DNA from: Planctomycetota bacterium
GTDB taxonomy: Bacteria; Planctomycetota; PLA2; JAEUHO01
NCBI GenBank assembly: GCA_050248855.1
Contig: JBFWRP010000004.1
Span: forward strand, 128,001-192,000
Direction: 5' to 3'
Length of the DNA stretch: 64,000 nucleotides
In this document: piece after piece, positions 19,608 through 28,516 of the stretch
How positions within the stretch are numbered: position 1 is the first letter of the stretch
How the letters are laid out: each line of letters starts with the position of its first letter
Notes under the pieces: model-generated
Told to the model about the DNA's origin: nothing
Seen by the model: the letters and a program-made list of their open reading frames with translations, nothing else
The model's database searches: none
Position numbers and translations under genes: made by a program

Positions 19608-20737
19608 GCGGCCCCGGCGGGCGGGGCAGCCGCGCCACGCGCTGGCTCGCCGCCCTCGTCCCGCTCGCCGTGATCGGCGTGTACGTCGGCGAGCGCTTGG
19701 CCAGCGCCCGACCGTGGAACGACCCGCGGGTCGGCCCGCTCGGTTTCGGGCTCGTCGAAGGCAGCGTGCTCGCGACGTTCGGAGCCGCGTTGCCGTGGCG
19801 CGTCGCCCAGGGCGAGGTCCAACGCCTCGTGTTGGACCTGTTCACGTCGCAGACCCTCCTCGACGTGGTGCTCGGCGTGCTCTTCCTTCGCAGCTCCCTG
19901 GCGCGAGGCGGCGCGCTGTTCGGTGCGGGGGCAACGCTCGCGTTCCTGCTCCTGGGCGGCGCCTCGGCCGTCGCAACCGATACCTGGGTGCGCGAGGGAT
20001 CGCGCCAGGCGTTGGCGCTAGGTTGGTTCTCCGGCGTCCTGGCCCTGACGGGCGGGAGCCTCGCCTTCGGCCTCCTCGCCGGCAGCCACCCGGCCCGCGT
20101 TGCGGTGCGGCGGGGGGCCGTGTCCACCTTGGTGTTCCTGGCCGTGCTGCACGTGGGACTCACGTGGCCGCTGCGCGCGGGCGCAGGACTCGTCGCCGAC
20201 GTCGGCGACCACGCCATGCTCGCCGCCACGGGGGTGGGCTTCGCCGCGGGCGCGCTGCTGCGACCCTGGCGCGCCGCGGTCGCTTCGGGTGGAGCCGGAC
20301 GCGTGCTCCTCACGCTCTCGGTGGCGGTGCTGGGCGTGGCGGCGTTCCTGCAAGTGCAGCGCGTCCAGGCCGAGGCCACCGCCCCCGAAGCCGGAGCCGT
20401 CTGGAAGCAGCTGCGGCAGCTCGAGCTGGACGCGCGCGCGGTGCTCTTGGATGGGCCGCGCGCGACGTCGTCGGCCCGCAACCGCCTCGACCGCAGCCGA
20501 AGCGCCCTGCGGCAGCGGGCGGCCGAGGTCGTGCCGGCAGCCCATCGCCCGCTGCTCGAGGACTACCTGGATCGTCTCGATCCACTCGTCACGGGCGACG
20601 TGCCCGACCCCGGCGCCGTTCGCATGCGCCTCGGGATGGCCGCGAGCGCTTGGTACGAGGCCGAAGATGCGTGGCGGCGCGACGTGGGCCTGCCCGTGCG
20701 CGACGCCTACGCCCGCAGGACCTGGGAGTCGCGATGA
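19604..20737 (+). CDS. Rhomboid-like membrane protein with degenerate catalytic motifs and a C-terminal helical domain
   Basis: FGAALPWRVAQGEVQRLV resembles the rhomboid GE-WRL loop; about 6-7 TMs; overlaps both neighbours. Confidence 0.55.
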   Translation: MSGPGGRGSRATRWLAALVPLAVIGVYVGERLASARPWNDPRVGPLGFGLVEGSVLATFGAALPWRVAQGEVQRLVLDLFTSQTLLDVVLGVLFLRSSLARGGALFGAGATLAFLLLGGASAVATDTWVREGSRQALALGWFSGVLALTGGSLAFGLLAGSHPARVAVRRGAVSTLVFLAVLHVGLTWPLRAGAGLVADVGDHAMLAATGVGFAAGALLRPWRAAVASGGAGRVLLTLSVAVLGVAAFLQVQRVQAEATAPEAGAVWKQLRQLELDARAVLLDGPRATSSARNRLDRSRSALRQRAAEVVPAAHRPLLEDYLDRLDPLVTGDVPDPGAVRMRLGMAASAWYEAEDAWRRDVGLPVRDAYARRTWESR

Positions 20738-21426
20738 GGATCGTCCGCACCCGCCACGGCGCGCGCGTGGAGCAAGGGGGCCTCGTCCTGAGCGAGGTGC
20801 GCCGTGACCCCGGTCCCACGCACTCCCTGTTCGACGTGCTGGCGGCTGCGATCTCCACGCAGGTTCCTGGCCATCGCGTGGCAGTCCTGGGGTTCGCCAT
20901 GGGCGGGATCGTGGCCCCCCTGCGCGCCCTGGGCTTCGGCCACCCGATCGAGGCCGTGGACCTGGACGTCTCCCTCGTGCCGCCCTTCCGCGAGCTCTCC
21001 GAGCCCTGGTGCGGCGACGTCCGCGTGGAACGCGGCGAGGCGGGTGCGTGGCTGCGCAAGCGCAAGCGGCCCTTCGACTTGATCCTGGAGGACCTCTCGG
21101 CGCAGGTGGACGGCGAGGTGACCAAACCACCGGTCAGCCTCGGCTCCCTGCCCATGGCCATCCGGGCCCGCCTCAAGCCCGGCGGCGTGGCCGTGACCAA
21201 CGTGCTGCCGGTGCCGGGCCGCCCTCTCGGCGACGTGCTCGCAACGCTCGCGGCGCCCTACGCCCGCGCCGTCGTCCTGCACCTCGAGCGCTGGGAGAAC
21301 AAGGTGCTGCTCTGCGGCGATGCGGTCCCTGCCGCGCGCGACGTCGGCCGCGCGCTGCGCTCGGCGCTCGCCGCCATCGGCTCCTGCGAAGCGGACCAGC
21401 TGGCCGTCCGCACGCTTGCCCGCTGA
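20734..21426 (+). CDS. Class I SAM-dependent methyltransferase (spermidine-synthase-like)
   Basis: VAVLGFAMGG, EAVDLD, FDLILEDL and LKPGGVAVTN motifs. Confidence 0.75.
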   Translation: MRIVRTRHGARVEQGGLVLSEVRRDPGPTHSLFDVLAAAISTQVPGHRVAVLGFAMGGIVAPLRALGFGHPIEAVDLDVSLVPPFRELSEPWCGDVRVERGEAGAWLRKRKRPFDLILEDLSAQVDGEVTKPPVSLGSLPMAIRARLKPGGVAVTNVLPVPGRPLGDVLATLAAPYARAVVLHLERWENKVLLCGDAVPAARDVGRALRSALAAIGSCEADQLAVRTLAR

Positions 21427-21483
21427 CACGGCGTCGCGCCGAGTTCCGTGGGCAGTGGGCCGCGCCTCATCGACAATGACCCC

Positions 21484-22692
21484 ATGGCCGCTCTCGCCAC
21501 GCGCTTGGTGTTCGCCATCGTGCTCGTCCTCGCCTGGGGGCCCGTGGGCGCGCGGGCCGACGACGAGACCCTCCCGCCCGACATCGAGTTCTTCACGAAC
21601 CGCGACTGCCGACACTGCGAGGCCGCTGCGGAGTACCTCGCCGGGCTGCAGGCCGACCGACCCGAGCTGGTCGTCGTCACGCGGCACATCCTGGAGGACG
21701 AGGGGGCCCGCGAGCGCTTCGCCGGGCTCGTGGAGCAAGCGGGCGTACAGGCTGCCTCGACGCCGGCGTTCCTCGTGCAGGGCAAGCTGATCATCGGCTG
21801 GACGAGCCCCGTGACGACGGGACGCCTGATCGAGGACATCCTCGAAGGCCTCGAGACCTCCCCCGAGGAACGAGGCGGAGCGGGCTGCGTCGTCGACCTC
21901 TCCAGGGCCCCGGGCGAGGCGCAGCCCCCCTGCGTCGACCCGCGGGACCAGGCGATCGACCTGCCCCTCTTCGGGTCCGTGAAGCCGCGGGACCTCGGCC
22001 TCCCCGTCTTCACGGTCGTGTTGGGCCTCGTGGATGGGTTCAACCCGTGTGCCATGTGGGTGCTGCTGTTCCTGCTCTCGCTGCTTGTCCACCTGAACAG
22101 CCGCTCGCGCATGTTCGCGATCGCCGGCACGTTCGTGCTCGTCTCGGGCCTCGTCTACTTCGCGTTCATGGCCGCGTGGTTCACCTTCTTCGACGTGATC
22201 GGCAAGGCGCGGGCGATCCAGGTGATCCTGGGCGCGGTCGCCGTGTTCATCGGTGCGGTCCATGCCAAGGACTTCTTCGCCTTCCACAAGGGCTTGACCT
22301 TCAGCATCCCGGAAAGCGCGAAGCCCGGCATCTATGCGCGCGTCAACCGCATCCTGAAGGCGGAGAACATGAAGGCGGCCCTCGTCACGGTGGTCGTCCT
22401 CGCCTTCATGGTGAACGTGGTCGAGCTGTTGTGCACGGCGGGGCTTCCGGCCATCTACACGAACGTGCTGGCGCAGCACGAGCTGCCGCGGGCGCAGTAC
22501 TACGGCTACATCGCCCTGTACCAGGTGTTCTACATGCTCGACGACATGGCCATGCTGTCGATCGCCATCTTCACCCTGTCCCGCACACGCCTCCAGGAGA
22601 CGGGTGGCCGTTGGCTCAAGCTGGTCAGTGGAGTGGTCATGATCGCGCTCGGGCTCGCCTTGGTCTTCAAGCCAGGACTGCTGTCGTGGTAG
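21484..22692 (+). CDS. Glutaredoxin/thioredoxin-fold (CRHC) domain fused to a DsbD/CcdA-like membrane domain
   Basis: Signal peptide and CRHC, followed by GLVDGFNPCAMWVL and VELLCTAGLPA TM cysteines. Confidence 0.85.
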   Translation: MAALATRLVFAIVLVLAWGPVGARADDETLPPDIEFFTNRDCRHCEAAAEYLAGLQADRPELVVVTRHILEDEGARERFAGLVEQAGVQAASTPAFLVQGKLIIGWTSPVTTGRLIEDILEGLETSPEERGGAGCVVDLSRAPGEAQPPCVDPRDQAIDLPLFGSVKPRDLGLPVFTVVLGLVDGFNPCAMWVLLFLLSLLVHLNSRSRMFAIAGTFVLVSGLVYFAFMAAWFTFFDVIGKARAIQVILGAVAVFIGAVHAKDFFAFHKGLTFSIPESAKPGIYARVNRILKAENMKAALVTVVVLAFMVNVVELLCTAGLPAIYTNVLAQHELPRAQYYGYIALYQVFYMLDDMAMLSIAIFTLSRTRLQETGGRWLKLVSGVVMIALGLALVFKPGLLSW

Positions 22693-23666
22693 GGGCACGG
22701 CGCCTGGGCTGGCTGCTCGCGGTCGCCGGGCTTGTCGGCGCCTCGGGGCCACTCGCCGAAGCGCGGATCGCGCGTGGCATGCGGGCGGCGCCGCTCGACG
22801 CACGAACGGCCGACGGGGCGGCCCCGATCCGCCTGTCGGACCGCCTGGGCCGGACGGTCCTCCTGTCGTTCTTCGGCACCGCCTGTCCGCATTGCCGGCG
22901 GGCCGTGCCGCGCTTGAACGAGCTCGCGGCACGCGGGGCGCCGCTCGGCGTGGACGTCCTGGGCGTCACGCCCGACAGCGGCGCCGAGCTGGCGCGCTTC
23001 GTCCAAGGCGAGGGCGTGCGCCACGAGGTGGCCCTCGTGCCGATGGACGCACTCCGCTGGTACGGCGTGACGACGTACCCCCACGGCGTCCTGGTCGGGC
23101 CGGAGGGACGGGTTCTTTGGCAGGGGCCGCTCGACCGGATGACGGACCGCGTGCTCGAGGCGTACGTCGCGCGCGTGCGTACCGCGCCCGCGGCACCCGC
23201 GCAGTTCGCCCTCGTCGACGCCGAGCGCCGGGCGGGGCGCTACGCGGCCGTTGCGCAGGCCTTGGAGCGGCACCGACGTTGCGAACGCCTGGACTCGCTC
23301 GCGTGCCGCTACGTGCTCGACACCCTGGCGTGGATCGAGTGGTTCGCCGAGGTCTCCCTCGCCGGCGCGAGTGCCGACGAGCAAGCGGGGCGGTGGGGCT
23401 CGGCCGTACGCACGTACGAGGAGCTCGAGGCTGCGTACGCGGGTGCGGCCGTGGAGCGAGATGCGCGTGCCGCACGCGAGCGCGTCCTCGCCGATCCGAC
23501 CCGCGCCCGCGAAGCGCGCGCATCGCACGCCCTGGACGAAGCCCGCCGCGCCGGCCGCTGGCAAAGCACCCCCATCGCGCGCGAACACCTCCAGCGCATG
23601 GCCCAAGCCCACCCCGGCACCCAAGCCGCCGCCGAAGCCGCCGACCTCCTCGCCCTCCTCCGCTAG
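22686..23666 (+). CDS. TlpA-family thiol-disulfide oxidoreductase with a C-terminal helical/TPR-like domain
   Basis: LLSFFGTACPHCRRAVP and YGVTTYPHGVLVGPEGRVLW; GTG 22686 overlaps the upstream stop. Confidence 0.8.
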   Translation: MVGARRLGWLLAVAGLVGASGPLAEARIARGMRAAPLDARTADGAAPIRLSDRLGRTVLLSFFGTACPHCRRAVPRLNELAARGAPLGVDVLGVTPDSGAELARFVQGEGVRHEVALVPMDALRWYGVTTYPHGVLVGPEGRVLWQGPLDRMTDRVLEAYVARVRTAPAAPAQFALVDAERRAGRYAAVAQALERHRRCERLDSLACRYVLDTLAWIEWFAEVSLAGASADEQAGRWGSAVRTYEELEAAYAGAAVERDARAARERVLADPTRAREARASHALDEARRAGRWQSTPIAREHLQRMAQAHPGTQAAAEAADLLALLR

Positions 23667-23743
23667 CCCCCCGCCTTCTCCCCTTGCCTTCCTGCCCTCT
23701 CTCGCTGCCTTCTCTTCTTGCCTTCTGAACAGCCTTCACCACA

Positions 23744-23850
23744 CATCGGGTCGTCAGGGCGAAGGCGCCAGCAAGCCATCGGCGACGACTCGTGGTCTGT
23801 TCACTCGAGGAGCCGATGGCGCCGCTGCCGCCGAGCACTCGGCGAGCCGC
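23744..23850. repeat. Structured intergenic repeat, copy 1
   Basis: Shares CATCGGGTCGTCAGGGCGA (19/19) and a 42-nt core (41/42) with 32332-32437; nested inverted repeats. Confidence 0.9.
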
Positions 23851-23886
23851 CCCAAAACACCTAGAGGCGTGCTCGAATGGAAGGAG

Positions 23887-23959
23887 TACCCCCAACGGGA
23901 TTCGAACCCGTGTTACCGGCTTGAAAGGCCGGCGTCCTAGGCCACTGGACGATGGGGGC
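23887..23959 (-). tRNA. tRNA-Glu (TTC), CCA not encoded
   Basis: GCCCCCATCGTCCAGTGGCCTAGGACGCCGGCCTTTCAAGCCGGTAACACGGGTTCGAATCCCGTTGGGGGTA folds as a cloverleaf, with anticodon loop CTTTCAA and T-loop GTTCGAATC. Confidence 0.96.
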
Positions 23960-24025
23960 GCGACGATCGAGGCACTTCCTTACCACGGCCTCGGCGTCCT
24001 GCCCGCCGACGGGCCTACCCGGGGC

Positions 24026-25099
24026 TCAGTCCCCGCGTTGGAGGAGTGCGGCCAAGCGGTCTCGCCAGCGATCGCGGTTGGCCCCCACCTTCGTCCAGTC
24101 GACCTCCTCGGCGCGGAACTCGAGGCCAGGCCGCTTGACGTGGCCATCGGGCGGGACGCCCACGCCCGGCCGCACGGGGATCTGCGCCGAGCGGCTGAAG
24201 GCGAGGGCCTGTTCCAGCTCGGGGCTCGCGAGCCATTCGAGCAGCTTCACGGCCGCCTCCGGATGCGGGCGGCCCGTGATGAGGCCAGCCGTGTTGGGAA
24301 TGAGCAGCGCGCCCGGCTCATCGGGGCCCTGGTCCGGGTAGATGATGGTGACGGGCGCCTTCAGCTCGTTGATCGCGATCCACGCGTCGTCCGTGTCCGT
24401 GAGCCCGAACGCGACGCGACGCGATGTGTCGGCGACGGCGCTCATCACCTGCCCGTTGGACTTGACGAGCTTCATGTGGCCCGCATCCGCCGCCTTGCGC
24501 ACGGCTTCGAAGAACGCCCAGCCGTCCGTCTCGTCGCGCGTGAGCCACGCCACGGCGTGCGTGTACGTCGTGCCGGTCAAGGGCACGGCCATCGTCGTGA
24601 GCAGGTCGCGCTGGGCCCACTTGGGGTCGAGCAGGTCCCTGACCGACTTGGGGTGATCCGCGGGATCCGGCACGAGCACCGTGTTGACGAGCAGCACGCG
24701 CGCTCGCGCACCGAACTGGATGTAGCGACCACCGGGATCCCGCCACGCCTGCGGGAACTTCCCGGCCATGCCTTCGGGCAGCTTGTCGATCAGGCCCTTC
24801 GAAGCGAGGTCGACCATGTGCATGATCTCGTTCGACCACCAGACGTCCCCGCGCGGCCGGTCGCGCTCCGCCTCGATGCGCTGCGGGAGCCCAATGCTGC
24901 GGAACGCCTCGGTCTCGCCGTGGTAGTCCACGACCAGACCACTCGCCTCCCGGAAGTCATCGACCAGCCTCTGGCTCTGGTCGGGGTCGACGCCGCAGTA
25001 GAGGACCACGTCGGGCTCCGGGCCGCCGCGCATCGACACGGCGAGCCACACGACGGCCGCCACGATCAGGATCCCGAGCACGAGGGGAATGGCACGCAT
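24026..25099 (-). CDS. ABC substrate-binding protein, Fe(III)/AfuA-like
   Basis: N-terminal TM; RIEAERDRPRGDVWWSNE, ARARVLLVNT, AFGLTDTDD and IPNTAGLI motifs. Confidence 0.85.
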   Translation of the reverse strand: MRAIPLVLGILIVAAVVWLAVSMRGGPEPDVVLYCGVDPDQSQRLVDDFREASGLVVDYHGETEAFRSIGLPQRIEAERDRPRGDVWWSNEIMHMVDLASKGLIDKLPEGMAGKFPQAWRDPGGRYIQFGARARVLLVNTVLVPDPADHPKSVRDLLDPKWAQRDLLTTMAVPLTGTTYTHAVAWLTRDETDGWAFFEAVRKAADAGHMKLVKSNGQVMSAVADTSRRVAFGLTDTDDAWIAINELKAPVTIIYPDQGPDEPGALLIPNTAGLITGRPHPEAAVKLLEWLASPELEQALAFSRSAQIPVRPGVGVPPDGHVKRPGLEFRAEEVDWTKVGANRDRWRDRLAALLQRGD

Positions 25100-25179
25100 C
25101 TTGGACTCCTGGAAGATCGAGAACGTATCCTGCGGGTAACGACGTAGCCTCCTGACCACGACGCTTCGCCGAAGGTGGG

Positions 25180-25953
25180 TCAGAGGTCGCGCAGCTTGCC
25201 CCGCCGCGCCGCCTGCTTGAAGCGCTCCGCGTCCACATCCAGCACGCGGAGCTTCTTGTGGAAGTTGGGGCGCGAGATCCCCGCCAGGCGGGCGGCGGCG
25301 GCGACGTTGCCGCCCGTGCGGGCGAGGAGGTCGCGGACGTAGGCGACCTCGAAGCGCTGGACGGCTTCCCGCAAGGACAGCGGGGTGCCGTCGGGGTGCT
25401 CACCCAGCACGGCCACGAGCGCCGCGCGCGCCGGCGGGGGCGGGCCCTCGGGGGCCTCCGCGGCCGGCGCGCCCTGGCGCGTCTTGAGCTCGGCCTCGAC
25501 GGCCTCGAAGCCCTCCGGGTCGAGCCGACGCTCGACGAGGGCCCTCAGGCGCCTGTTTTCCAAGCTCATGCGGCGCTCTTCGATGGCCCGGGTCAGCGTG
25601 CGGACGACGTCCTGCACGACGAACGGCTTGCCGACATAGTCGCGGGCGCCCCGACGCATCGACTCGAGCGCCGTGTCCATCGTGCCGTAGCCCGTCATCA
25701 CCACGACAGGCACGCCCGGGTCCATCTCCGTGAGCACGGCCACCACGTCGAGCCCGGAGAAGTCGGGCAGGCGCACGTCGGTCAGGACCGCGTCGAAGCC
25801 GCCGCGGACGAAGCGCTCCACGCCCTCCTTGCCCGTCCCGACCGAGGTGCACCGGAAGCCCGCGCGCTCCAGCCCACGCTCCAACGCATGGCGCATCGAC
25901 TCCTCGTCGTCGATCACGAGCACATGGCCGAGGGCCGCGGATGCGTCGTCCAT
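25180..25953 (-). CDS. Response regulator (REC + Fis-type HTH, no AAA+ domain)
   Basis: VLVIDDE, TDVRLPD, MTGYG and DYVGKPF; C-terminal GGNVAAAARLAGISRPNFHKKL. Confidence 0.9.
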   Translation of the reverse strand: MDDASAALGHVLVIDDEESMRHALERGLERAGFRCTSVGTGKEGVERFVRGGFDAVLTDVRLPDFSGLDVVAVLTEMDPGVPVVVMTGYGTMDTALESMRRGARDYVGKPFVVQDVVRTLTRAIEERRMSLENRRLRALVERRLDPEGFEAVEAELKTRQGAPAAEAPEGPPPPARAALVAVLGEHPDGTPLSLREAVQRFEVAYVRDLLARTGGNVAAAARLAGISRPNFHKKLRVLDVDAERFKQAARRGKLRDL

Positions 25954-25991
25954 GGGAGCCTCCGGCCCGGAAGACGCAAGCGGCGGGCCGC

Positions 25992-27470
25992 TCAGGCGGC
26001 GGACGGTAGCGAGAGGCGGAAGCGTGCGCCGCCGAGCGGGCCGCGGTCGACGGCCAACGTGCCGCCGTGCCGCTCGACGATGCCGTACGAGATGAAGAGC
26101 CCCAAGCCCGTCCCACCATCCCGTGTGGTGTAGAAGGGCTCGAAGATGCGGTCGACGAGCTCGGGAGGCACCCCCGGACCGTCGTCCTCGACGACCAGCT
26201 CGACACGCCCTTGCGCGCGCGCCGTGGCGAGCTGCACGTGGCCGCCGCGGCCCGCGGCCTGCAGCGCGTTCGTGACGAGGTTGAGCACCACCTGGTGCAG
26301 CTGGCCGGCATCGCCCAGGACGGCCGGCACCTCGCCACGGTGCCGGACGAGGTCCACGCCCTCGCGGCGTGCGAACGGCTCGGCTGCGCGCGCGACGTCG
26401 TCCGCCAGCTCGTCCAGGTCCACCGCGGCGAACGCGCGCTCGCCGGGCCGGGCCACGTCGAGCAGCGCACGCACGAGCGCCGAGGCGCGCCGGGCCGTGC
26501 GCTCGGCCACCGCGAGGTCCTCCCGGGCACGGCCCTCGCCGACCTCGCTCTTCGCACTCTCCAAGCACCCGAGGATGCCGCCGAGCAAGTTGTTGAACTC
26601 GTGCGCGACGCCCCCGGCCAGCGTGCCGAGCCCGGCCATTTTCGCCGACTGCACGAGCCGATCCCGCGTGCGGCGCAGCTCGTCGAGCGCGGCGGTGCGC
26701 TCGGCCAACGTCGCCTGCAGCTTCGTGGTCTTCTGCGCGACCTCCTGCTCGAGGCCCGCGGTGAGCTGCGCGATCCGCGTCCGCATGCGTTCGACATCCT
26801 CGGCCAGGCGCGAGATCTCGCGCGGTGCGCGACGCGGGGCCGTCACCGGCCGCCGGAGGTCGCCGCGCGCGATGCGGTCCACGGCCGCCTGCGTCTCGCG
26901 CAGCGGACGGACGACCAACCAGACGAGAACGAGCGCCACGAGACCGGCCAAGGCCAGCAGCAGGAGGCCCAGATGCAGCAGGAGGCGTCGCTGCCGCGTG
27001 TCGACGCCGGCCTCGCTGCGGGCCGCCGAGCGCTCGGCCATGCGCTCCAGCGCGGCGGCGATGCGGCGTTCGCCGTCTTGCGCCAACCGCTCGGCCAGGA
27101 CATGGATCCGATCGCTTTCCTCGCGGCCCGAGGCGCGAACGCGTGCCACGAGGTCGCGGCCCAGCGCGTCGACGTCCACGCGGGTGGGATCCTCGGCGGC
27201 CCGGTAGAGCGCCAGGGGCTCCTGCTCGAGCCACGTGCGCAGGCGGCGCTGCGCGGACTCCGAAAGGCCGATCGCGAGAACCTCGGACTGGTCCACGAGG
27301 TCCGCCGCCAGCGCGCGCAGGGCCGCGCCGGCCGCTTCCTGTTCCTCGCGAGCCTGCGCGCGTGCGGCTTCGCGGTCTGCCGCCGCGACCCAGGCCACGA
27401 GCAGCGCGCCGCCCACCAGGACCACGCCGCCCACGACCAGCAGCGTCAGCGTCACCAGCGAGCGCGTCAC
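25992..27470 (-). CDS. HAMP-domain sensor histidine kinase (NtrB-like)
   Basis: Two TMs, HAMP, LAGGVAHEFNNLL, QVVLNLVTNA, EDDGPG, FEPFYTT and GTGLGL. Confidence 0.93.
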   Translation of the reverse strand: MTRSLVTLTLLVVGGVVLVGGALLVAWVAAADREAARAQAREEQEAAGAALRALAADLVDQSEVLAIGLSESAQRRLRTWLEQEPLALYRAAEDPTRVDVDALGRDLVARVRASGREESDRIHVLAERLAQDGERRIAAALERMAERSAARSEAGVDTRQRRLLLHLGLLLLALAGLVALVLVWLVVRPLRETQAAVDRIARGDLRRPVTAPRRAPREISRLAEDVERMRTRIAQLTAGLEQEVAQKTTKLQATLAERTAALDELRRTRDRLVQSAKMAGLGTLAGGVAHEFNNLLGGILGCLESAKSEVGEGRAREDLAVAERTARRASALVRALLDVARPGERAFAAVDLDELADDVARAAEPFARREGVDLVRHRGEVPAVLGDAGQLHQVVLNLVTNALQAAGRGGHVQLATARAQGRVELVVEDDGPGVPPELVDRIFEPFYTTRDGGTGLGLFISYGIVERHGGTLAVDRGPLGGARFRLSLPSAA

Positions 27471-28465
27471 CGCGGGCGCTCCGAGGGTCGCCCGCGGCGC
27501 AGGCGGTCGGTCGAGGCCAACAGCCCCCATGGCACGTCCAGCCCCTGGCGGTCGCACGCTTCGAGGTCGATCCACGTCCGCATCGCGGACACCGCGCGCT
27601 CCCGGGGCGCGTCCTCTTCGGCCAGCGCCAAGCGCCGCGCCACGTCGGCTGTCACGCGCCCGATCAGGTCGTGGTCCGGCACGAGCACGAGCGCCGCCCC
27701 GTCGCCGAAGCGTCCGCGGTCGTCGCTGACCAGCGGAGCGCCACCGGCACGCGCCGCCGCAAGGGCCTGGTCGAAGGGCGCGCGCGGCGCCGCATCCAGC
27801 CTGAGGTGCAGGACCGCATCGAACACCACGCCTTCGCCTTCGCGACCGGGTGTGCGTTCCCCGACGACGTCCACCTCGGCCGCCGCGAGGAACCGCGTGA
27901 CCGTGGCCTCGGCGCCCGCGCCGCGCCAGAGCACGCGCGGTCGCTCGCGTCCGCACCACGCGCGCAGGCGCTCCCCCACCCACGCCGCCTCCGCCAGGCC
28001 CCGCACGACACCGCGCCGCGGAGCCGCGGGCACGGCCGCGTCCAGCGGCTCGCCGGCAATGGCGTAGCCCGTGCGCGCCACCACGTGCGGCAGCGCCGCC
28101 AGCGCCGCCAGCTCGACGGGCGGCAGGGCCTCGCCCACGACGAAGAGCCAGGGCTCGACGTCGCCGCGCGCGCGCGCGGCCTCGAAGCGCTCGCGCCAAC
28201 GACGCACGAGCGCCTCCGGGCCCTGGTCCGGTGGCGGAAGCTCCTCGCAGACGCGCTGCCAGCGGGCACGCTCGAGCCCCAGGCGGATGCCCTCGTACAG
28301 CGCCTGGGCGCCGGCGTCGCCGCGTTCGATCACGGCCCCGTGGACGCAGGCGGGGCTGCCGGCCTCGTCGCCTCCGCGCGCCGGCGCCGCGCTGGCGACG
28401 ATCGTGGCCACGAGGCCCAGCAGGGCGAAGAGGCGGACAAGGTGGCCGGGCGGGGACGGGGACAC
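27467..28465 (-). CDS. Exported protein, possible periplasmic ligand-binding partner of the kinase
   Basis: Signal peptide; its stop overlaps the kinase start; C-terminal GAALVLVPDHDLIGRVTA...WIDLEAC resembles an ABC substrate-binding fold. Confidence 0.6.
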   Translation of the reverse strand: MSPSPPGHLVRLFALLGLVATIVASAAPARGGDEAGSPACVHGAVIERGDAGAQALYEGIRLGLERARWQRVCEELPPPDQGPEALVRRWRERFEAARARGDVEPWLFVVGEALPPVELAALAALPHVVARTGYAIAGEPLDAAVPAAPRRGVVRGLAEAAWVGERLRAWCGRERPRVLWRGAGAEATVTRFLAAAEVDVVGERTPGREGEGVVFDAVLHLRLDAAPRAPFDQALAAARAGGAPLVSDDRGRFGDGAALVLVPDHDLIGRVTADVARRLALAEEDAPRERAVSAMRTWIDLEACDRQGLDVPWGLLASTDRLRRGRPSERPR

Positions 28466-28471
28466 GGCCCC

Positions 28472-28481
28472 ACACTACGCT
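28472..28481. promoter_or_regulatory. Overlapping divergent putative -10 elements
   Basis: TAGTGT on the minus strand (28472-28477, 6 nt before GTG 28465) and TACGCT on the plus strand (28476-28481, upstream of tsaD). Confidence 0.45.
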
Positions 28482-28516
28482 CGGGGCCCCTTCGAACGCA
28501 GGAGCCGACCTCGACC

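Noticed and set aside
18696..23959. Integrative element defined by a tyrosine recombinase and tRNA-Glu
   Set aside because: The recombinase looks like housekeeping XerC embedded in a coupled operon. There is no duplicated tRNA 3' end (att), no phage or conjugation genes, and no evident compositional shift.
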